The position numbers and the translations under genes are program-made. This document shows, piece after piece, positions 37,326 to 51,118 of a stretch of DNA of 64,000 nucleotides. Source of the DNA: Octopus sinensis (Eukaryota); assembly GCF_006345805.1 (NCBI RefSeq), contig NC_042997.1:4960001-5024000 (forward strand), given 5' to 3'. The notes under the pieces were generated by a model. That model did not search any database, was not told the DNA's origin, and worked only from the letters and a program-made list of their open reading frames with translations. The stretch's first letter is position 1. Each line of letters starts with the position of its first letter.

Positions 37326-38975
37326 TCAACCGCTCATGTGTGCGTATGCGGGTATGTGTGTGTATATATAAATCCATTGAAGAAATGTAATAGTGTTATG
37401 GAACATTACTTTTTATGTGACTTCGAAATACGAGCTTGCGTTTTTCAGAATATTATAGGGAAGCAGGAGACCCGTGAAACTCAGACGTAAAATAAATGGT
37501 TTAATGTAAAGTATAATAAATTAACATACTATTGTATGATACTCTGTTGTAATATTCGAGAACGTTTTCGAGAAGTTTAAAGAACTCTTGTATATGTATT
37601 TACACTATATACATTTAAACTATACCTAAGAAGATTATGTTTCGTCTCATAGAAAGCATTTTCCTTAAGAAATATAACTGATACAAAATTTCGGTAAGCT
37701 ATTGTGAAAAAAAAACAACATATTTTCACAATCAGTATGAGATTTGGTATGTAAATCAATTCTTTAATTTGTTCGAGGTTATATTTAAATATCAAATGCT
37801 TTTCTCACATAATATACGTTTTAATGTGTAGTGTGTGTGTCTGCCATTTGCAAGTGTACTGCGGTCGACAACTCCGAATTAATTGCTTGATAAAATGAAG
37901 AGGAAAAAAAATGATGAAATGGTAATGCATTATGGAAAATGTGTAGTGTGAGTTGTAATGTTCCTGTTGTATTAATAGGGTATTTTTCTTAAGATCAATT
38001 AATGAAAAAAGGCGTAGTCAAATGCATAATTTTCATGAAACAGTAGATCTGCTTTAAATATTTTGTATGTTGTGTCAAGTTCTTGAAAATTTTATACATA
38101 GTTAAGATGACATTCCTTCTGTATATATATATATATATAAATGTACCAAGAATATTACTTGTTTCTGTATGTCAGGCCAGAATAATCAATCTTTTTTTTT
38201 TTAATATCTTTCATTTAAATCTCAGTAAAATGACAAATAGGAAATATTACTAACTCATAAAAATTTATAGGAGATAAGACGATGGTCTTAGAACATGAGC
38301 AGGAAGTTATATTATGCGTGTAACATAACATAAATATTCGCGTTTTATGTGCTGCAATAACATTTCTCTTTGAAAAATAATATAATGCCCCGAAGGAAAG
38401 CTTTAATGCCCATGTAATTTCCAAATAAACTTTCATATTTAAATGCAGCAAAGGTAGGGACGTTGGATAAAGCTTACTAGTATTTGCAAGCATCTAAGCG
38501 CAGTGCAGCATGAACTATAAAATAAATATCTTTGAAAAGACCAGTTTTGACATGATAATCGGATATGAGGTTGTAATTAATCAAGGAATTTTACAAATTC
38601 ATATTGAAATTGGGTAGAGTCTAGTTTTAAGGCGTTTATTTTGTACTTTTTTAAAGGTGATTTGATTGTGTCGACACAAATGTTGATGATTTTTTGAATA
38701 CTGGGATTCACATGTATTAAAGAAATCTTTATGATTGAAATTGAAGAGATTTGGAAAATTATTCTTGCAAAATCAAGCATTTTCAAATGGTCCTTATACA
38801 ATGATATATAAACTTTTATTGACATTTCACTGTCTACAGAAGCTAATACGTCTATAGGTGCGTGCGTGTCTGTGTGTGTATGCACAGATAGATTGGTAGT
38901 GAGTGAGTGTGTATATCAGATCAACATATGCGGTGTGCATATATACTTACTTATATAATTACATACGCATATACA

Positions 38976-39022
<47 letters not shown>

Positions 39023-39034
39023 TATATATATATA

Positions 39035-39073
<39 letters not shown>

Positions 39074-39099
39074 TAGATATAGATATAGATATAATCAAT

Positions 39100-39300
39100 C
39101 CAAACATGAACAAGGAGAAAACACAACAATGCGAGGACGTGGAAAATGTATAGTGTTATTATACGCTCAGGAAAGGAAAGGAAGAAGAAGGAGGATTCAA
39201 CGTTTCGAGCGGAGCTCTTCGTCAGAAACATAGAAAAAGGAAAGATCCAAGAAACAGAAGACGGAGAAAGAAAATCGCCAACGATACGCACGCGGTCATA
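39100..39300 (-). mobile_element. PLE pLTR-type fragment with minimal HHR
   Basis: Minus strand GTTT CTGACGA A GAGC TCC GCTC GAAA CGT T GAAT (core complement 39219-39225), in a pyrimidine-rich context flanked by (TA)n. Confidence 0.75.
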
Positions 39301-39404
39301 TATATTGAATGGCCGGAGGGGATAATTGTATGTGTGTATACATATGTATACATACATACATACATACACATATATATATATGTATGTGTGTGTGCGTGCA
39401 TGTA

Positions 39405-39436
<32 letters not shown>

Positions 39437-39479
39437 ATTTTAATCCAAAAGGGAAACAAAAAAACAACAACAACAGGAA

Positions 39480-39660
39480 CAATTACAGTATTATTATTAA
39501 TAGGCGCTCAGGAGATGGAAGCAGGGAGGTATGACGTTTCGAGCGGAGCTCTTCGTCGGAAACATAAAGAAGGAAGAGAGAGGAAAGAAAGATCCCAGAG
39601 CGGGCAACAGGGAAAGAGAAAAAAGACGACTGGTGTTTACGAGTTGCACATGGTGAAAAG
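39480..39660 (-). mobile_element. Second diverged pLTR-type fragment with minimal HHR (U4C)
   Basis: Minus strand GTTT CCGACGA A GAGC TCC GCTC GAAA CGT C ATAC (core complement 39553-39559). Confidence 0.7.
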
Positions 39661-40659
39661 CATATATATATATATATATATAAATGTATGTGTCTATACA
39701 TATGTATAGCCATAGGGTAAGAGCCCTCACGAATCAAATATTATGGTTAAAATTGTAAATAAAGTTGGAAAAGAAACAAAAGTATATTTTAGAGAATATT
39801 TAATATTTTTGTTTACCGGTTTCGATCTATCCCTGTTAGCAAATATTAAAAAGATTTTTGTAAATTACAGAGAACAGAAACTGGTGATTAACAGTTTGTA
39901 CCCTTGTTTTTGTGCATGGTGAAATTTTACTTTCGAGTCCTTCTTATGTGTTTTTTCTATGGAAGTTTGTGGTGAGATTCAAACTTTCAAGTTTCAGGAA
40001 TCATATTGAAAAGAAGACTTTTGAATTGAATAGGTAATTTCTATTCGGGAGACGTCCAGCTGTGTGTGTGTGTGTGTTTACGAGTGTGTATGTGTTTCTC
40101 CGTTTGTTTGTTTGCATTTTCTTCTATCTGGGTATTTTGTCAAAATATTTTTGTTTTTCTCCTTTTACTGAGACAATATAATCAGTGGTTAAGTAGCTTT
40201 TCAACGATGGTCATACAAAAGATTTCGAAGGAATTATTTTCCGTTTGCTTACTTTTGTGTGTGTGTGTGAGTTTGTGTGGTTTTGTATGTATCACTTGTA
40301 GGTGCGTATGCGTGTGTCTATGCATATATGTTGTTGGTAATGGCTAGCTATGTGTGTTGTTGGTAATGGCTAGCTATGTGTGTATTGGGGAAGTGTCTTT
40401 TTAAATATCCTTTCAAGCATTTTTTCTTCACTGAGAGAATATGGTCAGTGGTTAAGTGGCTATTTTAAGAATAGTTATGGAAAGGATTTGGATGGAATTA
40501 TTTTTCTCTTGCTTTGTTGTGTATGTGTGTGTCTTTGTATGTGTATTGTTCTTGTTTTCGAAGATACGTTTTGTATATTATGGTGAGTGTGCATACGTAT
40601 GTGTGTTTTGGGTTTTTACAGAGATTGTTTAGTGTGTTAATGTGTGCTATTGTGGCGCC

Positions 40660-43635
40660 TGCTCGTGTGATAACTGCTTAACTTCTCAAGATAACCTGTC
40701 AACTCTATCGTCTTTTCTTTATTCCTTATCGCATACCCTGTTTTCAGCTGGACTTGATATATTTATGATCCAGAATCGTTTACCTTCTTTCTCAATTAAG
40801 CCTATGTCTAGTTTCCGATTCATTATCTCACAGTCGCAGTGAATCTTAAGACACAATAATATCATTGCATTACCTCCTTCGATGATGGCTTCGGGTTTAT
40901 GATCATACTAATTTCTTGCTCTGCCAAGACCGTACTTGTTGCAAAGTGTCCAATGTACAATCCTTGATATATTGTAATAGCTTCTCTTATATTCATTATG
41001 GTCTAGCGGTGTACATTTACGGATGATATGCTATACGGTTTCAACATTTTGTCGACAAATTCTCCACTTATCACTTTCTAATGTGCTGTCTATTCTGTAT
41101 TTGATACAATTTGTTTATAACTCTTTGGTCTTGGGCAGCACAGATTAAAGTCTCCCTTTCCGGTTTCAATCACTTCTCGTCATCCATAACCATGTTTTTT
41201 CTCTGTCTCTTCTATCTTTCACATCCTTATAAAGTTGTCCATTCACTCTTTTCTATATCCAATAATGTTCTGCTTCATTCATTCTCAAGTATTTGTACAG
41301 TACTTTACCTTTGCAATATTTCATCTTACACAAGTCTGAACTTCTTACTTCCTGTAGTAGCAGTTCTCTGGTATTTTTTACACACCATGCTATGTTGTTT
41401 ACTTCTGCTATAATGCTGTGTTCGTATCCAACCAGTCCTTTCCCCCCTTTTTTACTTGGTACATGTAGTCTGTTTCTGTCACATTTTGGGTGGATTATCC
41501 CATATATAGTCAGCAACGTCCTTGTCTTTCTGTCTAAGCTCTTTAGTTCGTCTACTGTCCATGAGATTACCCCTGCTCCATATATGATGTGTGAAACCAC
41601 CCAGGTGTTGATAGCTTCAATCTTACACTTCCTGTTTAATTTCGACTAGAGGTTCAATTTCAGTTTGCGTATATACCCCACCTTAAAATTTCCTCACACT
41701 TCTTTATCCATCAATGTATCCATTTCCAATGTCTCCAATTACTTATAGCCCGTCTCTTCTATCTGGTTGATAATCTCTCCATATCGGTATCGCTAGCCCG
41801 TCCATACATTTGATTTTGTCTCATTTCACGTTTGACTTACCGCACTTTTTCATTCCTTACATCATTCTGATATTAACACTGAAAGTATGAAACGCATCAA
41901 CAAAGGTCCTGGGTTGAAATCATCTTTACAGTAAAGTGTAAGGTCATCCATGAATAACAAGTGGTTGACTTATTCTTGGTGTCTTTTGAAAACATTGACA
42001 GCATTTGCTTTCCTCAGAATTAGTGTTAGTGGTATCATGCACAGAACAAAGTCCAGAGGGGATACGCAGACGCCTTGGAAGATGCTTCTCCTTATCTATT
42101 CGTGCATAAACTTCTTCCATATATTGACAATTCCGTTCTCCAATTCGCCATATATTTTCCAAGCAATCGCTCAATATTTCATGCAATACCAAATAGGTTC
42201 ATACATTCCATAATCCATGAAAATGGGATCACATCGTATGACATGGCTAAGTTAGTTTTCCTCCTGTTGTAGTCTCTAAGTACAGTTTTGTGTAGCAGGA
42301 GTTGATCTTTGGTACCTCTGCACCAATAATTGCAACCCTTCTGCTCATGTAGCAGGACTACATTTTTTCCAGATATCTGTACATTGACTCTGCGAGTATT
42401 CCAGTCAATAACTTCCACATAACTTATCAAAGAGGATGTCGCTCTAAACCATTGATTTTTCAATGTTATCTGCTGTCAACTTCTCATCTGGATTTATTTC
42501 TTTTAGAATCTTTTCTAATCTACTCTGAATAACCTATTCGGTTGGTTGTATCTTACTATATTTACTTTCTTTCCAACGAGGCGCTGTTTAAGTTCCTCCA
42601 TTACCACTTTCATGCCCTTTCTTTGAAAGTTCAGTGCCCTGTATTTTTCTTCGCTTTTAAGCTCTCCCTTCTCATTAATTTCAGTCTGAGCGCATATCTG
42701 ACACCCCAGTATTCTTCTTTACCCCTGGGATATTTTCTTTTGTCACTCCCATTATATTTCTTTATCTTGGCATGAACACCCACCTTTTCTATTACAACAA
42801 TACTTGCTGCCTTGATCAAATTATTTGTTTCTGAGATGCTTTTTGTTCTGATGTATTTCAGAATTTCATTCACATTTTTCGTCTCCAGCGATCAACCTTT
42901 TTATGGCTGCAAATAATGTTGCTATCGTCCTCCTGTAGACTTGCTTTTATTGTCCTAGATTGTCCTTTTACCATCTCTCATGTCATCATTAATCGTATTG
43001 TTTTCTTCGAAACCATCTATATGTCTTTCATCGAGTAAGCTATCACTGTTCCTTTCATGATCTTTATTAGAGATTTCAACTCTGTTTTGTGCTATGAGAT
43101 TTCTTTTATTAGTAGGAACTCTATTCTGATCGTTTCTGCTGCTGCTGTTTTCCAAGAATTGTCTTTTGCATGCTTTGAGCTAAAATTTTGTGAACCAATG
43201 ATTTTTCCCTATTGCTCTAGCGTAATCACCATGATCTCATTTCCGTGAGTTGAAAGATACCTCTTTGTCCTCATTCGTTTTCGCTATTCCTTAAGATGAA
43301 CACCATTTTCATCAACGGGTTTGCTCAGGAAGTAACACACTATGAACACGGCATTAATTTGCTTGCTCCATCTACGCTGTGTGTTTTCATCCCTTGCTGA
43401 ATAACGATAGGTCGGAGTTGAACGTGTATCCCTGAGCCTGCCGGTTGTAACACTGTCACAATCAACGTGTTCAGTTTTATTACCACATTTATCCAAAATA
43501 TTTAGTTTTTTTCAGTGTCACTCATATAAGGTAACAATTATCAGGTTGCGCAATTACCAGCGTTTTTTTTTTTATTGTGACACCATCACTAGATGTATCA
43601 TCAGTCAGCGAATAGGAAGATTCCAACCTCTCCCG
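40660..43635 (-). mobile_element. R4/Dong-clade RLE non-LTR retrotransposon, nearly full length, decayed, 3'-truncated
   Basis: NEILKYIRTKSISETNNLIKAAS; RGTKDQLLLHKTVLRD..RRKTNLAMSYDVIPFSWIMEC; VNHLLFMDDL (~41940-41970); YGAGVISWTVDELKSLDRKTR..HPKCDRNRLHVPSKKGGKGL; ETV*HII..EYKR..IVHWTLC and RLE-like NRKLDI..IINISSP. Confidence 0.92.
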
Positions 43636-44359
43636 TTTATTATTATTATTATCATCACCGATATTGTTATTTTCTTTTTTCTTTATTATTTGTCATTGTT
43701 AATATTTTCTCTCATCCGACATCAGTTTTGGTTAAATTATTACTATTATCATTATTAATATTATCACCACCATTATCATCATTATTTCAATGTGGCTAAT
43801 AAAGAACCATATTTCCATTTATTTTTAAAATGTATTATTGAATGTTGCTTAGTTTCAATTTTTGTCTTGTACTTGAGATATTCATAAATATGTGATCGTG
43901 TAAGGGACAAGGAGCAAGAAAATACTGTTTGGCCAATTAATTAAATTCCACAGGTCTGCATATAGATTTGGCAAATGGAGAAGATATAAACAATGGGTAT
44001 TACTGTGCGATAAGGAAACAAAAGTGGCCTCAAACATTCGTGACAGCAGAGGTTAAATGTGTTTACTACTACTAGCGGTCAATGAGCGCGCTGAACTTCA
44101 AAAAGACCAACTCAACATGTTCTATTTTTAAATTTACTGTTAGAAAAAATAATTATATATTATATACTGATGTTCACCTCGTTGAAGTTTTGAATTTCCG
44201 ATTTCTTTTCTTTGGAATTTATCTTTTAATTTTTATAAATTTTGATGTGGTTTACAGTTGTTGTAATCGTGCAGTTTATATATATTGTCAGACGCCTAAA
44301 TCCTTAATTTTCATATTTTGATCATGCATTTAAATTGTTGTTACAATAAAAGGCATGTT

Positions 44360-44720
44360 TGCATATTCGGATAGTCAGGGAGAAAAGAAAGATAAATTTT
44401 TCACAAAATATTGTAGATATTAAAGTTTTAAAATTTTCTAGAGATGTTCTTTTGTATGTCCGATCGGAGAAGACGAGTGTTTTTGCAATAAAAAGGATGT
44501 TTACATTTTTGAATACTCAGAGAAAGGAAAGAAAAGGAGGGTAACATTTTCACAGAAAATTGTAGATATTAGAGTTTTAAAATATATTAAAGATGATCCT
44601 TTGTTTGTCCGAACAAATAGAACTATATTGTTCTGAGAATAAAAACGACATTTACATTTTTGAATACTCAGGGAGAAATGAAAAGACAGGTATTCACAGA
44701 AGTTGTAGATATTAAAGTTG
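44360..44720 (+). repeat. Degenerate ~150-bp tandem repeat, ~2.5 copies
   Basis: Recurring CAT..T.GAATACTCAG.GAGAAA and CACA.AA..TTGTAGATATTA.AGTT at ~44363, ~44505 and ~44655. Confidence 0.75.
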
Positions 44721-44954
44721 ATCGCTTGTGTGTTCAAGAACTGTAGATATGTAAGTTTCTTAACTTATTTTCAGGGAAATTTAAAACTCTCATAGGAAAT
44801 TCTAGATATTCAAGGCTTTTAGAGATATTTTTCAGTTGTCCTCCTGGGTTGTAATAGCGTTTCTGTGTCTTCGGAAGCTGATTGGTCAGAGCAGCAACGA
44901 ACACATCCAGCTGCTATTAAAGCTGGTTCTATTATTATTAGTATCATTATTATT

Positions 44955-45219
44955 GCCTTTGCATATCTTCTAACGCTGGTGAAGAACAACAGTGTCAGCT
45001 GTTCACTAGCAGTGAACAAAGATAACGTTTCTTACTTATCGAGTAGTTCAAAGCAGTGCTGTTTTCTGCAAATACCCAACCCTTATTGCAGCCCGTATTT
45101 GTTCCTCTCAAGATTTTTACTCATTGTTCTCAGGGCTACGACAATTATTGGTCCTACTAACACCTTATTCGTCGACCACAACTGCTTAACAGCCCAAGCT
45201 AACCTGTCATATCTATCGA

Positions 45220-45220
<1 letters not shown>
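44955..45220 (-). mobile_element. 3' end fragment of an R4/Dong element between (TAA)n arrays
   Basis: DRYDRLAWAVKQLWSTNKVLVGPIIVVALRTMSKNLE..GYLQKTALL (RLE C-terminus). (TTA)n at 45221-45303 and ~44930-44955. Confidence 0.82.
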
Positions 45221-45282
<62 letters not shown>

Positions 45283-45681
45283 CATCATCATCATCATTAT
45301 TATTCCAGACAGCTTGATTGCATGCAGCTTAAAACATTGTAGGCTTCTCACAGAAACCTCGCTTGTTCAAAATCGATTATATATGTAAGTCATGCTATAT
45401 GTATTGACGAGTTTTTCGTTCGTTCGTCCACTCACATATGTAAATATTTCTAGCAGTGTAGGTGTTCTAACACCTTCAGTCTTATGTGATGGCACTTATT
45501 TTCCTTTTGGTAGAACTCTGCTAGTTAATTGCCTCATTTAATTATTTGATATTTACATTTATACGCGTATATATATATATATATATATATAAAGAGAAAG
45601 TGTACAAAAATAAACAAAAGATGAAGGCAGGTGTAGTACAAATAAGCAAATGTATTAGTATAGTGCCTCAGGAATAGAAAA

Positions 45682-45722
45682 AGTCTTTTACGTTTCGAGC
45701 CTACGCTCTTCGACAGAAAGAT
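45682..45722 (-). ncRNA. Minimal hammerhead-like motif with CUGUCGA core variant
   Basis: TCTTT CTGTCGA A GAGC GTAG GCTC GAAA CGT A AAAGA. Perfect 5-bp stem I; A6U change. Confidence 0.55.
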
Positions 45723-45789
45723 ACACAGAACAATAACAAGGAGCGAAACAAGGAGAGCAAAAATGCGTGTAGTAGCTAACGATCTATCA

Positions 45790-45857
45790 TATATGTATAT
45801 GTATATATGTATGTATGTACGTATGTATGTATGTATGTATGTATGTATGTATGTATG

Positions 45858-45891
<34 letters not shown>

Positions 45892-45905
45892 TGTATGTAT
45901 GTATT
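45790..45905. repeat. (TATG)n microsatellite
   Basis: Directly visible. Confidence 0.95.
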
Positions 45906-46949
45906 TATTATATATGCATATAAGGGTACATGATGTCATGAAACGTGTAACAACAAAAATGTACGAACCACGGCTACATGGAGCAGGAATTATTCTTTGG
46001 AACAACGAAGGACACAGATGGAAAACAAAACAAACAACATAAAATTACGAGCCTTCAACAATTGTTGTCTGTTTTTTTCTATTCTCGTATTTCGAGCATT
46101 TAAAAACAATATACGCTTTCGATAAAATAGTTGCTCCTGCAAAGTAAATTAGATAAAATGTAGGAGTTTGCTGAGGGTCGAAATAGGTAACACAAAGAGG
46201 ATAGTGAACCCAAAGAGGAAGGGCTGCTAAACCTAAACGCGGTTGTGGTGACTAATGCGTAAATCAAGCTCGGAGACAAAGAAGAACACGTCTCTATATA
46301 TACACGAATTACTTAGTTCTTGGGTTGTTTCTGCATATTAAGAATAAGAAATTTCCCATATACTCATGTTTGAGTTGTATATCCCTGTTTATCCCAACAA
46401 ATATGTATGTGTGTGTTCGTATATGTGTGAGTATGTATTTACATGTTCACATATACACAAACACACGTACGAATACGTTAAAAAATCATCACTCGCACGT
46501 GAAAGATTTATTTCCTTATACTATATACAGCATGGTGGATGCAAGTAAAAAGACGACATTGTCAAATTGTTTCAGTATTTATTATAGTAGTCTAGAGACA
46601 AACATAAATTTCATTTCATTCGATGAGTTTCTTGGTGAATGCCGTTCTTCAGAGCATTTCATCGAGTATTCTTTTGTTGCATTAAGTTGGGGAGCAGACA
46701 GAAGTTTTAGTACGCTGGATAAAATGTTTTGAGACATTTTGTCAGTTCTTAAGTTGTGGTCGACTTTGCTTTTCATCCTCTCGTGTTCGATAAATGAAGT
46801 GCCACTCAATTACAGTGGTTAATAAAAACGTCTAACACTGCCCCATCCCCACCTCCCACTAAATTTCAGGGCTTATGCCTATAACAGAATGGATTATCTG
46901 TGTAGTTACATTGTCGGAATAAAATTTTCCTTCTTAATTTTTGGAACAT

Positions 46950-47450
46950 AAAATTAGCACAATGCCCTTTTATTTTGCGTTCTACAAATGTTGTTCATTC
47001 ATGAAGTTGTTTAACTGTAAAATATTTAGTTCTGGGGAAGGTATTTATCCAAATATGATTTTCTTCCTTTCGTATATTCATACAAGGCCTCATTATTTCC
47101 AATTTTACATTGATTCGATAGATTGTTCATTACAAAGAAAAGGTTCTTATAGATGCAAATTATTCTATAGTTTGCATATTTTGTGCACTTCTTTTATTTT
47201 ATGCACTTCCTTCGAATCTATGTTTTGGTTCATCTTCTGGAATATACTAAGATCTCCGTTTTCTCTAACTTTTCCAAGTTATGCCAAGTATCTCTTCAGC
47301 AATAGCGGTTTGGTTAATTCCAATCATGTTGGTTTTAGTAGATTTCCACATGTTAGACTTACACCTGAGATAGATACAAGCGCCATATTGATTAACTTGT
47401 TACTTAGTCAAAATTATCAGTTACATTATAAGGCTGGCGATCGTGGCATT
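46950..47450 (-). mobile_element. Highly decayed RTE-like RT fragment
   Basis: Minus-strand KKCTKYANYRIICIYK (47147-47194) preceded by ENG..YIPED, resembling the CxNYRxIxL RT motif. Confidence 0.45.
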
Positions 47451-48689
47451 CTATTTATTCAAAGTATTCATTGTATAATCAATGAAAACTCGCCCACACC
47501 GAATATGTGACTGTTTATGTACGTCTTTTTCTATACTATTGTTCATTCGGTTATTCATATTTCAAGAGTTCCTCTGTCTGTAAAATCTAACGATATTTAT
47601 CGGTCAATATATTGACATTAACAGACGAAAGCGTTTTGGGAGAGTTTGCTTGAAATATCTGCATTTAACGTCTACAATTATTATTATTTCGATAATTTTG
47701 ATGATGTATACAGATAGGCCGTTTCATATTTTATCCTGAGAGGTCTCTAAATGCAGTCTAGAGTTATGTGCAATGTTACAACTCCTTCTATGCATCATTT
47801 ATATTACTTGAACTTGTTCATTATCATTAATTCTTCGTTTCTGTCATGAGTAAGAACAATTTAATTGTAGAAATAAGTTAATTTAATGTGTTCAAGTTTA
47901 ATATTCATTCTCATATTTCTCATTTATGTCTATCTTACTCATAGCGTAATAGCTAAAAACTGTTTCCCAGTTACCTCTTTAATGTGGAAATATATGTTAT
48001 ACAAAATTGCAACACTGCTGTTCAAATATATTCATAATTATCTATTATTAAATTTGGTCTTTACTGTTTTCACACATAAGGCTGCAGTTATGTTGAGTGT
48101 AACACTATCAAAGATTTTTTTCACTTATTTATGTTAATCGCCGTAATTATATATTTGTATTCAAAGAATAGCAAAATTCTTGAATTCTGCCATCGAATTT
48201 ATGATTTAACAAATTTAGGAATTTAGCCTCCTTTTAATGATGCTTTCTTTCGATTAGTCTCACGCGGGCAATTCGTACTGGATATTTATTTACCCCGCGT
48301 TTCTGTACTTTTATTGAATGCTCACATTACATACACCCGAAAGTACACACACATAAGCAATTACACTCGTACACATACAACTCTAGTTTCTAACCGCGAA
48401 CTATACAAACAGATTTTGTCATCTTATCGAAATTCGATATGCAGAAATGCCTACAACATTCGAAGTCAATAAATTATCATTGTTCCTGAAAGATGTTTTC
48501 TATGCCTAAAACAGACTGCTTGAAACTTACTATCTTTCTATACCTACATACACGGATCTCACAATTACAGCTGATATATACCCGAAAACGTGCAATATAG
48601 TTCAGTCGTGTATTTTTACAATACAGACATATCCATACTGACTTATGTAAACGCAATAAAATTGATGATTATACATATTTTAATATCGT

Positions 48690-48894
48690 TTCTATCATAG
48701 GTACAAGGCTTGCGATTTGGTGGGGGCAGACTAGTGGATTACATCGACCCAGTGTTTCACTGATACTTAGTTTATCGACCCCGAAAGGATGAAATGCAAA
48801 GTCAAACCCAGCATAATTCAACTCAGAAAATAAAATAAACACGAAATATCGCTAAGTATTTTGCACGGCATACTAAACTATCTGCCGGCTCGCC
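48690..48894 (-). mobile_element. tRNA-derived SINE, family 3
   Basis: Minus strand GGCGAGCCGGCAGATAGTTTAG head, TCTGAGTTGAATT B-box-like, central TTTCATCCTTTCGGGGTCGATAAA (recalled as resembling the MetaSINE domain; unverified). Tail fragment at 46841-46900; decayed plus-strand copy at 56323-56460. Confidence 0.75.
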
Positions 48895-48936
48895 TTACAC
48901 ACACACGCATATATATGTGTGTATGTATATATACTT

Positions 48937-49002
<66 letters not shown>

Positions 49003-49919
49003 ATGTGTATATATATGCATATATGTATATATATATTCATATATATACATATATATATATTCATATAGATATATAAATAATACATTTATATATACATACG
49101 TATATGCACATACATGTATACGTATATACATATGCGTATGGGACATTTTCTATTCTGTTCTATTCTATTACTCTATCACTCTTTCGTTCTCTCTCTTCTC
49201 TCTAATTCTTTTTATCTCCACTTATTCCCCTTTCGTTTTTTTCTCTCGTATTCTTTCTCTAATTTTTTCTCCCCTCTTCGCAGTTCTCTGTCTGTCACTC
49301 TGCCTCCCTCACTCTTCCTTATTTGATCTCTCGTGGCTCTCATGTGAACATCGGTCATGTTTCTTTCCTTAACTTGTATTTCTTTCTTTCCTCCTTGTAG
49401 AGCTGTACGAACCAGACGTATTCTTGTCTGTCTCCTATCCAAGCTAGCTTCTGCACGTTCGCTACCTCACTTTGTTTAGGCTTAGCAGCCCTTCCTGCTT
49501 GTTTTCACTGTCCTGTTTTTGTTACCAATTTTGACCCCCCTCAAAATCCCAAATTTCGACCCTACTCAAAATCCCAAATGCGGGAGCATCTGTTTAATCA
49601 TATGCATATCCTGTTGTTAAACGTTCGATATACGGATTAGAAAAGAACATCCGTCAACTGATTAACAGCTGTTCTTTATGTCGTGTGTCCTGTTTTCCAT
49701 TCGTTTCCTTTGTTGGCAAAAAATTTTCATATTCCATGCATTCGTATTTCGTATTCCATATTTTCGTATTTTTCTAGTAAACGTTCTGTGACGTTCTGTG
49801 CCCACATATACGTATCTATATGCGTATATATGTAGGTATGTATATATACGTATGTATATATGCATATATATTATTTATATTATTATATGATTGAACACCA
49901 AGCATCCATTTCAAAGAAT

Positions 49920-49977
<58 letters not shown>

Positions 49978-50967
49978 TATATACACACATACACACATAC
50001 ATATACTTTTTCATATGACTTGCTCTAATTTGGAATACCTGATTATTTTCTATTCAGTATGTAATCACACCTCTATAAAATCTAAACTGGAAACAAAAGA
50101 TTTTTAGTACCTTGAGTAACTGAAACTGATGAATATCATTTGAATCTTAGTACATGCAACCATTCATCCCATCATCAAATGACTATATCATTCATACCAT
50201 CTTATATGTATGTGGAAGATGGATAGAGCCAAATTATATTTATTCATTATAGAAGGAAAAAATAAGACCAGCGATTCATGTTCCACCTCCTTATTTTGTC
50301 TATATTTATTTATTGTACTTTTAAATTTTCGATTGCTTGTTCTTAGTTAACATTTGGATTTGTTTCCCTAAAAAGATATTTGTATGCCATATTTTTCAGT
50401 ATTTAAGAATATCATATGCCACATATAATTTACAAGGACATGAGAGTAAATTGGATAAATTATAGCCATTATGAACTTCGACAATAACACATCACAAGTT
50501 GCGCCAGTTAACCACTTAGCCACTGCAAGTTTAATTCAAACTGCAATTTAAATTTTTAAAAAAAGAGTTCATCAAAATGAGATAATAAAATTTACCAAAA
50601 TCATCTTCAGAAAAAATAAGCGAAATATTAAGAAAATTTCTTTAACAAAAGATTTTATATTTTATTTACATTTTTTTATTTATTTGACAATAATAAATGA
50701 TTTTGAGCATTTCAAATGTTTTGCATATAAATTTTGGAGAAGTGTCTGTTTTATGACGTCTGACTTGACTTTTTACTGATCAATCATATCTGAAAACGGA
50801 TGTGCTGTGTTTTGCGTTTAATGGCTGGTAGAACATTATAATGAGCTAAAGCAACCTGTTCAAAATTTATACAGAAATATTGTTGCGGAATTCAAATATG
50901 CTTGTTATAAAATATTTTAACAGTGATAGAGTGAAAAAGTGAGATTATGGAAATCAATGAGAATTAC

Positions 50968-51004
<37 letters not shown>

Positions 51005-51070
51005 GCGCGCACAGACACACACACACACACACACATACACGCACATATATATATGTGTGTGTGTGCATGC

Positions 51071-51118
<48 letters not shown>

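Noticed and set aside
43540-43635. Possible HDV-like ribozyme at the 5' end of the R4/Dong element
   Set aside because: Candidate P2 (GGTTG/CAACC) and P3 (GAAT/ATTC) exist, but no P1 partner for GGGAGAG could be found. An Infernal HDV-model search on the family consensus would be needed.
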